Below, in pieces: positions 1-10,532 of a stretch of DNA of 64,000 nt. Made by a program: the position numbers and the translations under genes. The stretch's first letter is position 1. Each line of letters starts with the position of its first letter. This stretch comes from an uncultured cyanobacterium (GTDB lineage: Bacteria > Cyanobacteriota > Cyanobacteriia > PCC-6307 > Cyanobiaceae). The notes beneath the pieces are model-generated. The model saw only the letters and a list, made by a program, of their open reading frames with translations. It did not search any database and was not told the DNA's origin. The DNA lies in NCBI GenBank assembly GCA_963765575.1, contig CAVXWZ010000002.1, forward strand, positions 128,001-192,000, read 5' to 3'.

Positions 1-31
1 CCGTGCCACCTCCCGGGCAACGGCGTCGGGG

Positions 32-1453
32 TCATCGAGTGCGGTCAGCGCCAGGCGCTGGCGAACGGCGGCGCTCAAGCGGGCTCAGCGCGGGAGCGTA
101 GGGTCGCAGCTGCGTACCCCGGTAGTAGTGGCTGAGGATGCGCTCGTGGGTCTCCCCGCGGCGGGCCATGGCGTAGGCGCCCCACTGGCTCATGCCCACC
201 CCGTGGCCGAAGCCGCGGCCCACCGCCAGCAGGGCCGGCTGGGTCGGCGTTTGGGGCGTGGCGAGAGCCCCGCGATCGCCACCCGAGACTGCAGCGCTGG
301 CCAGGCGGACGCTGGGGATCGGCGGCGGCGGCGGCGGCAGCAGGGCCAAGGGGGAGGCCTGGGCCGGGACCCGCTGGGAAGCGAGCACCTCGAAGCGCAC
401 CTGGGTGCTGCGCAGCCCCAGCCGCGAGCGCAGCTGCGGGCCGGTGACCACCAGGGTGCCTCGGGGACCCACCACCCGGGCCTGACGCACCCGGCCGGTG
501 GCCGTGGTGGTGAGCACATCGATGCGATACACCCCGCCGGTTTCAACGAAGGCCTGGCGCAGGCGTTCGGGGGGGAGCAGTTCCCGCCACTGATGCACCG
601 GACTGTCGTCGTCGAAATCGGGCACGCTCACCAGGTAGGGCAGCTGGCGCTGCCAGATGTCACCGCTGTTTTCAGTGAGACCACCGCTGCTGCTGTGGAA
701 GACCGCGTTGGCCAGGCTGGAGCCGAACATCAGCACCTGGCCGCGGGTGCTGGCCACCGCCTGGCGGGTGGACGCGGTCTCCGACTCCAGCCCTTTGTAG
801 ACCTGGCTGCTGACCGTGGACTTGAGGTCGTAGTTGGCCTCTGGCTTGCGTTGGCGCAGGGCATAGGTGCGGGCAGCCACGGCCTGGGCGCGCAGGGCCG
901 ACTGGGGCCAGCTGGCGGGCATTTCGCTACCCACCACGCTGGGCAGATAGGTCTCGAGCGGCACGTGGTTGATGGCCTGCAGCCCGCCGCCGCTGGCCAG
1001 CAGCCGCAACCGTCCCCGGTAGCGGCGCTGCTGCAGCTGGAACACCCCTGCCTGGTCGGTGCGGCTGCCGGGCACGGCTTCCAGCCAGTAGGCGGAGGCC
1101 TGGGGCAGCAGCACGCTCCTGGCGGCGGCACCGCCTGTGGCCTGCGGGATGACCAGGCGCACCCGCCCCCCCTGCATCGACACGGTGGTGGTGGTGGCAG
1201 GCGGCAGCTGCACCCCACCGGGCTGGAGCCGCACCGGCTGCCCCAGGGAGCCCACCGAGAGGCTGGCGCCTTCAGCCAGCAGCACCCGCACTTCGGGCTC
1301 GCCCGAGCGGGCCTGCAGGGTGGCATCGCCGCCGGCGATAACGGCTGGCACGGACACGGCCACCAGCGAGAGCACCGGTGTCCAGGGGCGCAGGGACAGG
1401 GCCACGGCTGAGAGGAACGACAAGGCCACCCATTGTGACCGGCGTGGCAGCAT
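32..1453 (-). CDS. SpoIID/LytB domain protein (lytic transglycosylase-like)
   Basis: Motifs [45 protein letters not shown] and [15 protein letters not shown]; signal-like N-terminus. Confidence 0.9.
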   Translation of the reverse strand: MLPRRSQWVALSFLSAVALSLRPWTPVLSLVAVSVPAVIAGGDATLQARSGEPEVRVLLAEGASLSVGSLGQPVRLQPGGVQLPPATTTTVSMQGGRVRLVIPQATGGAAARSVLLPQASAYWLEAVPGSRTDQAGVFQLQQRRYRGRLRLLASGGGLQAINHVPLETYLPSVVGSEMPASWPQSALRAQAVAARTYALRQRKPEANYDLKSTVSSQVYKGLESETASTRQAVASTRGQVLMFGSSLANAVFHSSSGGLTENSGDIWQRQLPYLVSVPDFDDDSPVHQWRELLPPERLRQAFVETGGVYRIDVLTTTATGRVRQARVVGPRGTLVVTGPQLRSRLGLRSTQVRFEVLASQRVPAQASPLALLPPPPPPIPSVRLASAAVSGGDRGALATPQTPTQPALLAVGRGFGHGVGMSQWGAYAMARRGETHERILSHYYRGTQLRPYAPALSPLERRRSPAPGADRTR

Positions 1454-1473
1454 GCGCCAGAGGCCATCCCCCC

Positions 1474-2451
1474 GTGCAGGTCACCTTTCTCGGCACGAGC
1501 TCCGGGGTGCCGACCCGGGGCCGCAACGTTTCGGCGGTGGCCCTGCGCCTGCCCCAGCGGGCCGAGCTCTGGCTGTTCGACTGCGGCGAGGGCACGCAAC
1601 ACCAGTTTCTGCGCAGCGATCTGCGGGTGAGTCAGCTGCGGCGGGTCTTTGTGACCCACATGCACGGCGACCACGTGTTCGGACTGCCCGGCCTGCTGGC
1701 CAGCCTTGGCCTGGCGGGCACCTGCACGGGCATCGACCTCTACGGCCCGGACCGGCTGCGCGATTACCTCGACGGTGTGCTGCACACCAGCTCCACCCGC
1801 ATCAGCTATCCCCTGCGGCACCACCGGGTGCGGCAGGCCGCCGATCGGGGCATCCCGCTGCTGGAGCTGGAGGACATCAGCGTGCGCTGCGCGCCCCTGA
1901 CCCACCGCGTGCCCGCCGTCGCCTACCGGGTGGACCAGAAACCCAGGCCCGGCCGCTTCGATGTGGCCAAGGCCGCGGAGCTGGGCATCCCCCCCGGGCC
2001 GATCTACGCCCGTTTGAAGCGGGGGGCCAGCGTCACCCTCGAGGACGGGCGCATCATCAACGGAGCCAGCCTGTGCGGGCCCGAGCGGCCCGGCGCCAGC
2101 ATCGTGTACTGCACCGACACGGTGTTCTGTGAGGCGGCGGTGGAGCTGGCGGCGGGCGCCGATCTGCTCATCCACGAGAGCACCTTTGCCCACGCCGAGG
2201 CGGAGCTCGCCTTCGCCCGGCAGCACTCCACCACCACCATGGCGGCCCAGACGGCCCTGGCCGCCGGGGTGAAGCAGCTGGCCCTCACCCACCTCAGCCC
2301 CCGCTATGGGCCCGGCAATGCCGTCACCCCCGACGACCTGCTGGCGGAGGCCCGGGCGATCTTCCCGAACACGCTGCTGGCCCGGGACTTCCTCAGCATC
2401 GACGTGCTGGCGGAGGAGCCGACGCCGGCGCGGGCGGCCGCCCGCACCTGA
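1474..2451 (+). CDS. rnz: Ribonuclease Z
   Basis: GTG start at 1474, [12 protein letters not shown]; metallo-beta-lactamase motif [25 protein letters not shown]. Confidence 0.95.
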   Translation: MQVTFLGTSSGVPTRGRNVSAVALRLPQRAELWLFDCGEGTQHQFLRSDLRVSQLRRVFVTHMHGDHVFGLPGLLASLGLAGTCTGIDLYGPDRLRDYLDGVLHTSSTRISYPLRHHRVRQAADRGIPLLELEDISVRCAPLTHRVPAVAYRVDQKPRPGRFDVAKAAELGIPPGPIYARLKRGASVTLEDGRIINGASLCGPERPGASIVYCTDTVFCEAAVELAAGADLLIHESTFAHAEAELAFARQHSTTTMAAQTALAAGVKQLALTHLSPRYGPGNAVTPDDLLAEARAIFPNTLLARDFLSIDVLAEEPTPARAAART

Positions 2452-2580
2452 ACCGGCGCTGGCCTGGGCGCCAAGCGCCTGCGCCTGCAACAGTTCTCCC
2501 GAATCCGGACCGGAGCCCCCGGCGCCCGTGATACAAGGTCTCCGATGCGGTTGTCACCGCCCCCCATCCGGCTTCTCCCC

Positions 2581-3135
2581 ATGGCCTCGACCCCCCCGGG
2601 CTTCGCCGCCCCCTCCCTGCACAGGCCCCTGCGCCGGGCCCTGCGTTCCGCGCTCCACACCCTGGTGGCCCTGCCCCTCGTGCTGCTGCTCTGCGTGGGC
2701 TTCAGCGGGCAGGCCCTGGCCGCCCAGTGGACCACCGAACAGCTCACGGTGCCCAGTGGTGCCGATGGCAGCACCGTGACCTTCACCGAGCAGGAGGTCA
2801 AGGCCGGACGCAAGCTGTTCAACTCCAGCTGCGGCGAGTGCCATGCCGGCGGCATCACCAAGACCAACCAGAACGTGGGGCTGGATCTCCAGGCCCTGGC
2901 CCTGGCCACCCCCTCGCGGGACAACGTGGACGCCCTGGTGGACTACATGAAGGATCCCACCAGCTACGACGGCGAGTATTCGATCGCCGAGGTGCACCCC
3001 AGCATGCGCAGCAGCGACATCTTCGTGAAGATGCGCGACCTCGATGACGAGGACCTCAAGCTGATGGCCGGTTTCATCCTCACCGCTCCCAAGGTCCAAG
3101 GCGTGCAGTGGGGCGGCGGCAAGATCTACTTCTGA
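2581..3135 (+). CDS. psbV: Photosystem II cytochrome c550
   Basis: CGECH heme motif, GGITKTNQNVGL, MKDPTSYDG, C-terminal WGGGKIYF; signal peptide. Confidence 0.95.
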   Translation: MASTPPGFAAPSLHRPLRRALRSALHTLVALPLVLLLCVGFSGQALAAQWTTEQLTVPSGADGSTVTFTEQEVKAGRKLFNSSCGECHAGGITKTNQNVGLDLQALALATPSRDNVDALVDYMKDPTSYDGEYSIAEVHPSMRSSDIFVKMRDLDDEDLKLMAGFILTAPKVQGVQWGGGKIYF

Positions 3136-3163
3136 ACGGGCTCAACGCGTTGAGCGCTCTGCG

Positions 3164-3194
3164 GCCCCCGGCACCTGAGGTGCCGGGGGCTTTT
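3164..3194 (+). terminator. Rho-independent terminator after psbV
   Basis: Inverted repeat GCCCCCGGCACCT-G-AGGTGCCGGGGGC followed by TTTT. Confidence 0.75.
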
Positions 3195-3214
3195 GGCTGC
3201 GCTCGCCTGCCGAG

Positions 3215-3634
3215 CTAGGCGCTGGCCTTCTGGCCCGGCCCAGCGGGCTCAACCGTGGGGCAGACGTTGGCGGGCTCAAGGGACGCCGGCAGCTTGCTGT
3301 ACCACCATTCCTGCAGCGGCGGCTGCAGCCGCACCGGGAACAGGGTCACCACCGTGCGGGTGGGCCGGGCGCCGGGCAGCAGCAGTTCAACGGCATAGGA
3401 GGGGCAGCGCCGCGCGGCCAGGTCGGCCACGAAGCGGCGGCCGATGCGCCGCCAGCTGGGCTCCTTGCTGCGCCAGGCCAGGCGACAGCAGGGCCAGGGC
3501 AGCTCCTCGCGGTCGAACAGGCGACAGCAGGGCCCCAGGATGCGGTAGCTGTACTGCCCGCCCACACTGGTGTGCTCCGAACCGGGCGGCAGCAGCTGCT
3601 CGGCAGCTCGGGTGAGGGGGAACAGGGAGGACAT
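3215..3634 (-). CDS. Hypothetical Cys-rich protein
   Basis: ATG at 3634; two PCCRL motifs, W-rich; lies directly downstream of petF. Confidence 0.7.
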   Translation of the reverse strand: MSSLFPLTRAAEQLLPPGSEHTSVGGQYSYRILGPCCRLFDREELPWPCCRLAWRSKEPSWRRIGRRFVADLAARRCPSYAVELLLPGARPTRTVVTLFPVRLQPPLQEWWYSKLPASLEPANVCPTVEPAGPGQKASA

Positions 3635-3635
3635 C

Positions 3636-3658
3636 AAAAAGCCACCCCGAAGGGTGGC
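3636..3658 (-). terminator. Rho-independent terminator after petF
   Basis: Minus strand GCCACCC-TTCG-GGGTGGC-TTTTT (cUUCGg tetraloop). Confidence 0.85.
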
Positions 3659-3688
3659 GGAGGACGAAGCGGAGATCAACTCCAGGAC

Positions 3689-3988
3689 TCAGTAGAGCTC
3701 TTCTTCGGCGTGGGTGGTGATGGAGCAGTCGCTGGTGGGGTAGGCGACGCAGGTGAGCACGAAGCCAGCCTCGATCTGGTCGTCGTCGAGGAAGCTCTGA
3801 TCCGACTGGTCAACGGTTCCGGAGGTGAGCTTGCCAGCGCAGGTGCTGCAGGCACCGGCACGGCAGGAGTAGGGGAGGTCGATGCCCTGCTCTTCAGCGG
3901 CGTCGAGGATGTACTGGTCGTCAGGAACCTCGATGGTCTTGTTGAGGCCCTCGCTCTCGTTGATGAGGGTGACCTTGTAGGAAGCCAT
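3689..3988 (-). CDS. petF: Plant-type [2Fe-2S] ferredoxin
   Basis: MASYKVTL...CRAGACSTC...LTCVAYP. Confidence 0.97.
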   Translation of the reverse strand: MASYKVTLINESEGLNKTIEVPDDQYILDAAEEQGIDLPYSCRAGACSTCAGKLTSGTVDQSDQSFLDDDQIEAGFVLTCVAYPTSDCSITTHAEEELY

Positions 3989-4165
3989 GAAAGGGATTGG
4001 AGCTCACAGGCACCCGGGCAACCGGGCCTGTAGGACCCGCCCTTCCTACATCCGACCACCGCCTTTCCCGTCGGTTTGGGAGGCGCGCCTGCGGAAGGCC
4101 AATCAAAGCCAGATCACTTATCAGCGTGCCTTATGCGACAAGGCCCGCCGTTTGCCGGTGCCGGT

Positions 4166-5098
4166 TCAGGTCCGTCGGATCGTGATCAGCCCCCAGTCGC
4201 TCTGGCGGGCGGTGAGTTCGGCGCTCCATCCCTGCCCCTCCAGCACCCGCCGCAGGGGCGGCTCCTGGCTCACCAGCAGGCCGCTGAGCAGGCCTACGCC
4301 TCCAGGGGCAAGCACGCTGGCGAAGGCCGGGCAGAGGGCCTCGATCACCGGCGCCAGAATGTTGCACAGCAGCAGGTCAGCCGGCCGGCCGCCGAGCAAC
4401 GCCACCAGCGGCTCCACCGACCCCAGGCCCACCCGCAGGCGCCCCTGCAGGCCGCAGGCGGCGGCGTTGCCGGCGGTGGCCCGCACCGCCAGGGGGTCGG
4501 TGTCGGTGGCCGCCACCTCCTTGGCCCCCAACAGCAGGGCGGCGATGCCGAGGATGCCGCTGCCGCAGCCCAGATCGGCCACCCGCAGGCCGGCCAGGCC
4601 TGGCGCGGGGTCGCCGGCGACGCTGCGCACGGCGGCGAGACGATCCAGCGCCTCCAGACAGAGGCGCGTGGTGGGATGGCTGCCGGTGCCGAAGGCGCTG
4701 CCGGGATCCATGCGGATCACCAGCCGCTGGGCGTGCTCAGGGGGCAGCTCCAGCCAGGCGGGCAGGATCAGCAGCCGCTCGCCCACCGGATCGGGCCGCC
4801 AATGGCGCTTCCAGCTCAGGCTCCAGTCCTCATCCAGCTGCTGCACCCAGGTGATCGGCGGCAGCCTGAGGTCGAAGGGCTCAGCCAGGGGGGCGAGGGC
4901 CGCCTGCAGCCGCAAGCGCTCCGGCTGCGGCCAGTCGGCGGCCGGTAACCAGGCCTGCAACAGCCGCCGCTGGGGATCGTCAGCACGGTGGCGCACGGCC
5001 AGGCGTGGAATCCCCAGGCACGCCAGTTTCCACAGCAGGGATTCCTCCAGCTCCGCAGGGCAAGGCATCTCCAGGCGCCACCAGGATCGATCCATCAC
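4166..5098 (-). CDS. prmA: Ribosomal protein L11 methyltransferase
   Basis: DPGSAFGTGSHPTT, DLGCGSGIL, NILA motifs. Confidence 0.93.
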   Translation of the reverse strand: MMDRSWWRLEMPCPAELEESLLWKLACLGIPRLAVRHRADDPQRRLLQAWLPAADWPQPERLRLQAALAPLAEPFDLRLPPITWVQQLDEDWSLSWKRHWRPDPVGERLLILPAWLELPPEHAQRLVIRMDPGSAFGTGSHPTTRLCLEALDRLAAVRSVAGDPAPGLAGLRVADLGCGSGILGIAALLLGAKEVAATDTDPLAVRATAGNAAACGLQGRLRVGLGSVEPLVALLGGRPADLLLCNILAPVIEALCPAFASVLAPGGVGLLSGLLVSQEPPLRRVLEGQGWSAELTARQSDWGLITIRRT

Positions 5099-5124
5099 GG
5101 GTTGGCCCAGCCGGGCCGGGGCGG

Positions 5125-6711
5125 TCAGAGGGTGACCGGGTGGGCTTCCTGAATGCCGTCGATCCGGTGAATGGCCTCCAGCAGGCTGGCGGGGATCGGG
5201 TCGTCGAGGCTCAGCACCATCACGGCATCGCCACGCACGATGCGGCGGCCCACCTGCATCGAGGCGATGTTGACGTTGTGCTCGCCCAGCACCGAGCCGA
5301 TGCGCCCGATGATCCCGGGCATGTCGCGGTGGCGGGTGAACAGCATCTGCTGGCTGGGACTCACCGACACGGGGAACTCGTCGATCGAGGTGACGCGCAG
5401 CTCACCATCGGCGAACACCGCACCACTGACGCTGTGGTTGCCTTGGCTGCTGCGGGAGCGCAGCTCCAGGGAACCGCCGGCGTAGTCGCGGGCGGCCTCG
5501 TCCTTCACCTCCAGCACGTGAATGCCCCGGTCCTTGGCCTCGAGGCTGGCGTTGACGTAGTTGATCGAATCGCCCAGGGCCGTGGAGAGCACGCCCTTGA
5601 GCACGGCCACCACCAGGGGCTGGGCGGGATGGGCGGCGAACTCGCCCTGCAGCCGCACCTCCAGCTCGCTGATCTGGCCGCCGGCCAGCTGGGAGAGCAG
5701 CTGCCCCAGGGTTTCCGCCAGCTGCAGATGGGGCTTGAGCAGCTCCATCACCTCGGCATTCAGGCCGGGGATGTTCACGGCACTGCGGGCGGGAAGGCCC
5801 AGCAGCACATCGCGGATCTGCTCGGCCACGTCGATGGCCACGTTCTCCTGGGCCTCGGTGGTGGAGGCCCCCAGGTGCGGGGTGAGCACGAGGCGCTGCT
5901 GCACCGTCCGCAACGGCGAATCGGCTGCCAGGGGTTCGCTGGCATACACATCGAGGGCGGCGCCGGCAATCACGCCCTGCTCCACCGCCTCGGCCAGGGC
6001 CGCCTCGTCGACGATGCCGCCGCGGGCGCAGTTGACCAGCCGTGCCGTGGGCTTCATCGTGCGCAGCAGCTCGGCGTTCACCAGGTTTTCGGTGTCGGGC
6101 GTGCGGGGCAGGTGCAGGGTGACGTAGTCGGCCTGGGCAAACAGCTCGGGCAGGGGCAGCAAGGTCACCTGCATGCTCTGGGCACGCTCGGGGGAGACGA
6201 AGGGGTCGTAGGCGAGCAGCTCCATGCCCATCGCCTTGGCGACCCGGGCCACGTGGGAGCCGATCTTGCCGAGCCCGACCACGCCCAACTTTTTTTTGTA
6301 GAGCTCATTGCCCACGTAGGTCTTGCGATCCCAGCCGCCAGCCATGGTGCTGGCGTGGGCGTGGGCCACGTGGCGCGACAGCGACAGCATCAGCGCCAGG
6401 GCATGCTCGGCGGCGGCGATGGTGTTGCCCTCCGGCGAGTTCACCACCAGCACACCGCGGCGGGTGGCGGCCGGCACATCGACGTTGTCGACCCCCACAC
6501 CGGCCCGGCCGATGATCCGCAGCTTGTCGGCGGCCTCGATGATCCCGGCCGTCACCGTGGTGCCGGAACGGATCATCAACGCTTCGTAGTCACCGACGAT
6601 GGCGCGCAGCTCCTCGGTCCCGAGGCCGGTGCGCACATCCACCGTGGCCACCTGGGAGAGGATGGCGATCCCCGCCTGGTCGATGGGATCCGAAACGAGA
6701 ACCTTGGTCAT
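5125..6711 (-). CDS. serA: D-3-phosphoglycerate dehydrogenase
   Basis: ATG 6711 MTKVLVSDPI; RAGVGVDNVD, GLGKIG, TPHLGAST; C-terminal ACT domain. Confidence 0.96.
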   Translation of the reverse strand: MTKVLVSDPIDQAGIAILSQVATVDVRTGLGTEELRAIVGDYEALMIRSGTTVTAGIIEAADKLRIIGRAGVGVDNVDVPAATRRGVLVVNSPEGNTIAAAEHALALMLSLSRHVAHAHASTMAGGWDRKTYVGNELYKKKLGVVGLGKIGSHVARVAKAMGMELLAYDPFVSPERAQSMQVTLLPLPELFAQADYVTLHLPRTPDTENLVNAELLRTMKPTARLVNCARGGIVDEAALAEAVEQGVIAGAALDVYASEPLAADSPLRTVQQRLVLTPHLGASTTEAQENVAIDVAEQIRDVLLGLPARSAVNIPGLNAEVMELLKPHLQLAETLGQLLSQLAGGQISELEVRLQGEFAAHPAQPLVVAVLKGVLSTALGDSINYVNASLEAKDRGIHVLEVKDEAARDYAGGSLELRSRSSQGNHSVSGAVFADGELRVTSIDEFPVSVSPSQQMLFTRHRDMPGIIGRIGSVLGEHNVNIASMQVGRRIVRGDAVMVLSLDDPIPASLLEAIHRIDGIQEAHPVTL

Positions 6712-6848
6712 GCCCGGCGGGGGTTGTGCAGCCGGAGGTGAAGTGTAGTGATCGACGGCTGAACGGGCCCTGGCGATGGCCTGATCGGCAGCCGCAGCAC
6801 CGCAGCAGCGAGAATCGAGCCGCAACCGCTTCAACGGGGACTGACGAG

Positions 6849-7349
6849 GTGACGAGTGTCGTGGTGGTGGTCGACGATCAGGGGCGACTGCATCAGCTGC
6901 GCGATCGCCTCGCCGACCTGCAGCCCCCCCTGGCCCAGCTGGTCACCGTGGGGGCCGGCGAAACATCGATGGAGGAGGTGGAACGCCTCAACCCGGCGGT
7001 GGGGCGACAACGTCGGCAGCGTTCCATGGCCCGCTGGCTGATCCCCTTCGGATTCTTCGCCGGGCTCACCTTCACCTACATCACTGACCTCGACACGTTC
7101 GCCTTCGCCGGCGACTGGAGCCAGCATCTGATCGGCGGCCTGCTGGGTCTCGGTTCGGGCTGGATGGGCAGCTTCGCGGCTGCCGCCAGCGTGCGCTCCG
7201 ACCAGGACGACCGTGTGCGCAGCCTGCGCAACCGGGTGGCCGAAGGCAGCTGGCTGCTGTTGGTGGAAACCGCCGTGGGCGCCGACATGCCCTGGAGCAC
7301 CCTCCAGCAGGCCCGCCCTCAGGCCGTGGTGCGTCTGGGCGACGCCTGA
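6849..7349 (+). CDS. Hypothetical membrane protein
   Basis: Two hydrophobic helices (WLIPFGFFAGLTF; IGGLLGLGSGWMGSF); stop overlaps the next ATG; GTG start is approximate. Confidence 0.7.
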   Translation: MTSVVVVVDDQGRLHQLRDRLADLQPPLAQLVTVGAGETSMEEVERLNPAVGRQRRQRSMARWLIPFGFFAGLTFTYITDLDTFAFAGDWSQHLIGGLLGLGSGWMGSFAAAASVRSDQDDRVRSLRNRVAEGSWLLLVETAVGADMPWSTLQQARPQAVVRLGDA

Positions 7350-8134
7350 TGCTGCCCCGCCGGACGCTGCTCGAAGGCAGCCGACATCCGGCCGTTCTCG
7401 CTGCGGTGCTGGATGTGGCCGACACAGCGCTGCGCACCTGGGAGCCCTGCTGGACGGGGTTCCTCGATCCAGCCGCCCGCGAGGAAGCCAGCGAACGCCT
7501 GGCGCCGCTGGCCGAGCTGCACGTGCACGGCGCGGGCGGCTTCCCCGGGGCGGAGCGCCAGCGCCTGCTGCTGCTGCGACGGGAGAGCGGGGTGGATCCG
7601 CAGGCCCTGCCCACGGATCTGGGCGGGCTGGAGATCAGCGGCAATTTTCTGTTTGATCCGGCCGAGCCCGCCGACCTGCGCCAGACCCTGCTCAGCCTCG
7701 GCACGGCCCCCGAGAGCATCGGTGATCTCTGGATGCGCGGCGACCGCGGTGGCCAGGGGGTGCTCTGCGAGATCGCCGCCAGGGCGCTCAGCGGCCGCCA
7801 GGGCCAGGTGCGCAGCGTGGATGTTCTTTGTCAGGCCAGGGCCATCGACGCCCTGCAGCCACCGCAGCCACGGCAGCCACGCCGCTGGCACAGCGTGGAG
7901 GCCTCCTGCCGGCTCGATGCCGTGGCTTCCGCCGGCTTCGGGATGTCCCGGGCACGCATGAGCAGCCTGATCCGCGCCGGCCAGGTGCGGGTGAACTGGA
8001 CTGCGATCACCAGTCCGAGCCAGGAGCTGGAGGCCGGTGATCGGGTGCAGATGGCCGGCCGTGGTGAGCTGGCGGTGCTGGGTGTGAGTCCCACCAAGCG
8101 CCAGCGCTGGCGCATCGAGCTGGAACGGCGCTGA
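7349..8134 (+). CDS. Photosystem II S4 domain protein (YlmH/Sll1252 family)
   Basis: GNFLFDP motif; S4 motif RLDAVASAGFGMSR...VRVNW. Confidence 0.88.
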   Translation: MLPRRTLLEGSRHPAVLAAVLDVADTALRTWEPCWTGFLDPAAREEASERLAPLAELHVHGAGGFPGAERQRLLLLRRESGVDPQALPTDLGGLEISGNFLFDPAEPADLRQTLLSLGTAPESIGDLWMRGDRGGQGVLCEIAARALSGRQGQVRSVDVLCQARAIDALQPPQPRQPRRWHSVEASCRLDAVASAGFGMSRARMSSLIRAGQVRVNWTAITSPSQELEAGDRVQMAGRGELAVLGVSPTKRQRWRIELERR

Positions 8135-8440
8135 GCCCGGGCGCCGGCAGCCCAGGGGTGGGAGGCCGGAGAGGGTGGGCTGCTAGTTTTTGCAGGCTCC
8201 TGAGCAGCTTCTGCCCAGGATGGCGATTGAGTTCAACAGTTGACACATTCAACTGTGTTGCAGATGTGAGTGGCAGAAGCTCTCAAGGCTTCATTCTCAG
8301 GACAACAATTCAGGGCTTTGTCCCGAAATGTTTCCCACCTCAGCCACTTCGCAACTGAACGAGTGTGGGCCTCGAATCAAATCCTTTTCAGGACGACATT
8401 CCTGCCGGCACCTCCAACACTCTTTCCCCAGTCCAAACTG

Positions 8441-8512
8441 GGGCGATTAGCTCAGAGGTAGAGCACTACCTTGACACGGTAGGAGTCACTGGTTCGATTC
8501 CAGTATCGCCCA
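8441..8512 (+). tRNA. trnV: tRNA-Val(GAC)
   Basis: Acceptor stem GGGCGAT/ATCGCCC, D-arm TAGCTCAG, anticodon stem CTACC-TTGACAC-GGTAG, T-loop GGTTCGATTCC; CCA not encoded. Confidence 0.97.
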
Positions 8513-8543
8513 CTTCCCCAGCCGCGGAAGTTTCTGCCCAGCC

Positions 8544-10004
8544 ATGCCCGGCACCCGAGACTCTGCCGCTGCCATCCCCCCGGATGGCTCCCCCTCCGGC
8601 AACCCAGCCCAGCCGGCGCCGCTGGCCGCGGTGATCGGCATGGGTCGTTCCGGCATCGGAGCCGCCCGGCTGCTGCAGGCCCTCGGCGAGCGGGTGGTGG
8701 TGATGGAGAGCCGTGGCAACCCGGAGCTGGAGCGGCAGGCCGCCGAGCTGCGCCACCAGGGAATTGAGGTTCGCCTGAACCACAGCCTCGATGCCGAAGC
8801 CATTCTCGCCCTGGGGCCTGACCTGCAGCGGGTGGTGGTGAGCCCCGGCATCCGCTGGGACCATCCCGCCTTTGCAACCCTGCGCGCCCGCGGCCTCACC
8901 GTGCAGGGAGAAGTGGAACCGGCCTGGCAGGCCAGCCGCCCCGCGCCCTGGATCGGCATCACCGGCACCAACGGCAAGACCACCGTCACCCATCTGGTGC
9001 ACCACCTGCTGCGCAGCGCCGGCAGGGATGTGGCGATGGCGGGAAATGTGGGCCAGTCGGCGGCCGAAACCGTGCTGGAGCGCCGCGACTCCAGCGAAGG
9101 CCTGCCCCAGTGGCTGGTGGTGGAGCTCAGCAGCTACCAGATCGAGGCCTCAACAGCAATCGCGCCGCGGGTGGGGATCTGGACCACCCTCACCCCCGAC
9201 CACCTGGAACGGCACGGCACGCTGGACAACTACCGCAGCATCAAACGGCAATTGTTGGAGCGCAGCGCTGTGCAGGTGCTCAACGGCGACGATCCCGATC
9301 TCCAGGCCAGGGCAGCCAGCTGGGATCGGGCGATCTGGGTGAGCGCCGGTCCGCGGCGGCAGCTGGCTCCGGGGATCGAACCGGAGCTGTGGATCGAGGC
9401 CGGGCGGGTGTGGCAGGCGCGGGCGGGCGGGCCCAGGGATCTGATGGCCGCCGATGCCCTGCAGATGCCCGGTTCCCACAACCGCCAAAACATGCTGCTG
9501 GCGGTGGCGGCAGGGTTGGAAGCGGGTCTGGATGGCCCCACGATGGAGGCGGCCCTGCGCCAGTTCCCGGGCGTGCCCCATCGCCTGGAGCACATCCGCA
9601 CCTGGGAGCAGGTGCGCTACTACAACGACAGCAAGGCCACCAACTACGACGCCGCCGAGGTGGCTCTCAAGGCCCTGGGCGGCCCCTTGGTGGTGCTCGC
9701 CGGAGGTCAGGCCAAGATCGGTGAGGCCAGTGCCTGGGTCCGCGCCCTCCAGGCTTCGGCGCGGGGCGTGGTCCTCTACGGCGAAGCCCAGGAGCGTTTT
9801 CAAACGCTGCTCAGGGAGCACGGCTACGCCGGCCGCATCGAAACCTGCCCGGGACTGGAGCAGGCCGTGCCCCTGGCCGCCGGCCTGGCCGCCGACCTCG
9901 GTTGCGGTGCCGTGCTGCTCTCGCCCGCCTGCGCCAGCTTCGACCAGTACCCCGACTTCGAGGCGCGGGGCGACCATTTCCGCCGGTTGGTGGCCGATCT
10001 CTGA
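8544..10004 (+). CDS. murD: UDP-N-acetylmuramoyl-L-alanine--D-glutamate ligase
   Basis: GMGRSG, VVSPGI, GITGTNGKTT, ELSSYQ, NDSKATN, SPACASFDQY. Confidence 0.96.
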   Translation: MPGTRDSAAAIPPDGSPSGNPAQPAPLAAVIGMGRSGIGAARLLQALGERVVVMESRGNPELERQAAELRHQGIEVRLNHSLDAEAILALGPDLQRVVVSPGIRWDHPAFATLRARGLTVQGEVEPAWQASRPAPWIGITGTNGKTTVTHLVHHLLRSAGRDVAMAGNVGQSAAETVLERRDSSEGLPQWLVVELSSYQIEASTAIAPRVGIWTTLTPDHLERHGTLDNYRSIKRQLLERSAVQVLNGDDPDLQARAASWDRAIWVSAGPRRQLAPGIEPELWIEAGRVWQARAGGPRDLMAADALQMPGSHNRQNMLLAVAAGLEAGLDGPTMEAALRQFPGVPHRLEHIRTWEQVRYYNDSKATNYDAAEVALKALGGPLVVLAGGQAKIGEASAWVRALQASARGVVLYGEAQERFQTLLREHGYAGRIETCPGLEQAVPLAAGLAADLGCGAVLLSPACASFDQYPDFEARGDHFRRLVADL

Positions 10005-10073
10005 CCAGCCGGCAACCGGCGGGCAAGCTCCGCTCGGATCCGTAGCATCTCCGCAGCAGAAACAACGCCGGCC

Positions 10074-10532
10074 ATGGCCTACTGGCTGATGAAGAGCGAG
10101 CCGGAGGTGTATGGCATCGACCACCTCCAACGGGAGCAGACCACCCTCTGGGATGGGATCCGCAACTATCAGGCGCGCAACTTCATGCGCAGCATGGATG
10201 TTGGTGATCAGGCCTTCTTTTATCACTCCAACACCAAACCACCGGGGATCGTGGGGCTGATGGAGGTGCTGGAGACAGGCCTTGTGGACCCCACCCAGTT
10301 TGATCCCGCCTCCAAGTACCACGATCCGGCCTCCAGCCGCGACAAGCCCCGCTGGGACTGTGTGCGGCTGGGCTTCCTGCGTCAGTTCCCGCGCCTGCTG
10401 TCCCTTGAGACCCTGCGGCAGACCTTCAGCGCCGAAGAGCTGGCGGTGGTGCGGCGCGGCAACCGTCTCTCGATCCTGCCCGTGCCCGACGGCAGCGCCC
10501 AGCGCCTCCTGACCCTGCTGGAGGGCGGATGA
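10074..10532 (+). CDS. EVE domain protein
   Basis: MAYWLMKSEP, WDGIRNYQARN, FFYHSN, RLSILPV. Confidence 0.92.
   Translation: MAYWLMKSEPEVYGIDHLQREQTTLWDGIRNYQARNFMRSMDVGDQAFFYHSNTKPPGIVGLMEVLETGLVDPTQFDPASKYHDPASSRDKPRWDCVRLGFLRQFPRLLSLETLRQTFSAEELAVVRRGNRLSILPVPDGSAQRLLTLLEGG

Noticed and set aside
8441..8560. tRNA-Val as an island integration site
   Set aside because: murD follows directly, and no duplicated tRNA 3' end or integrase was seen
10074..10532. EVE protein as a modification-dependent defence system
   Set aside because: Stand-alone EVE with no nuclease or toxin partner, in a housekeeping context
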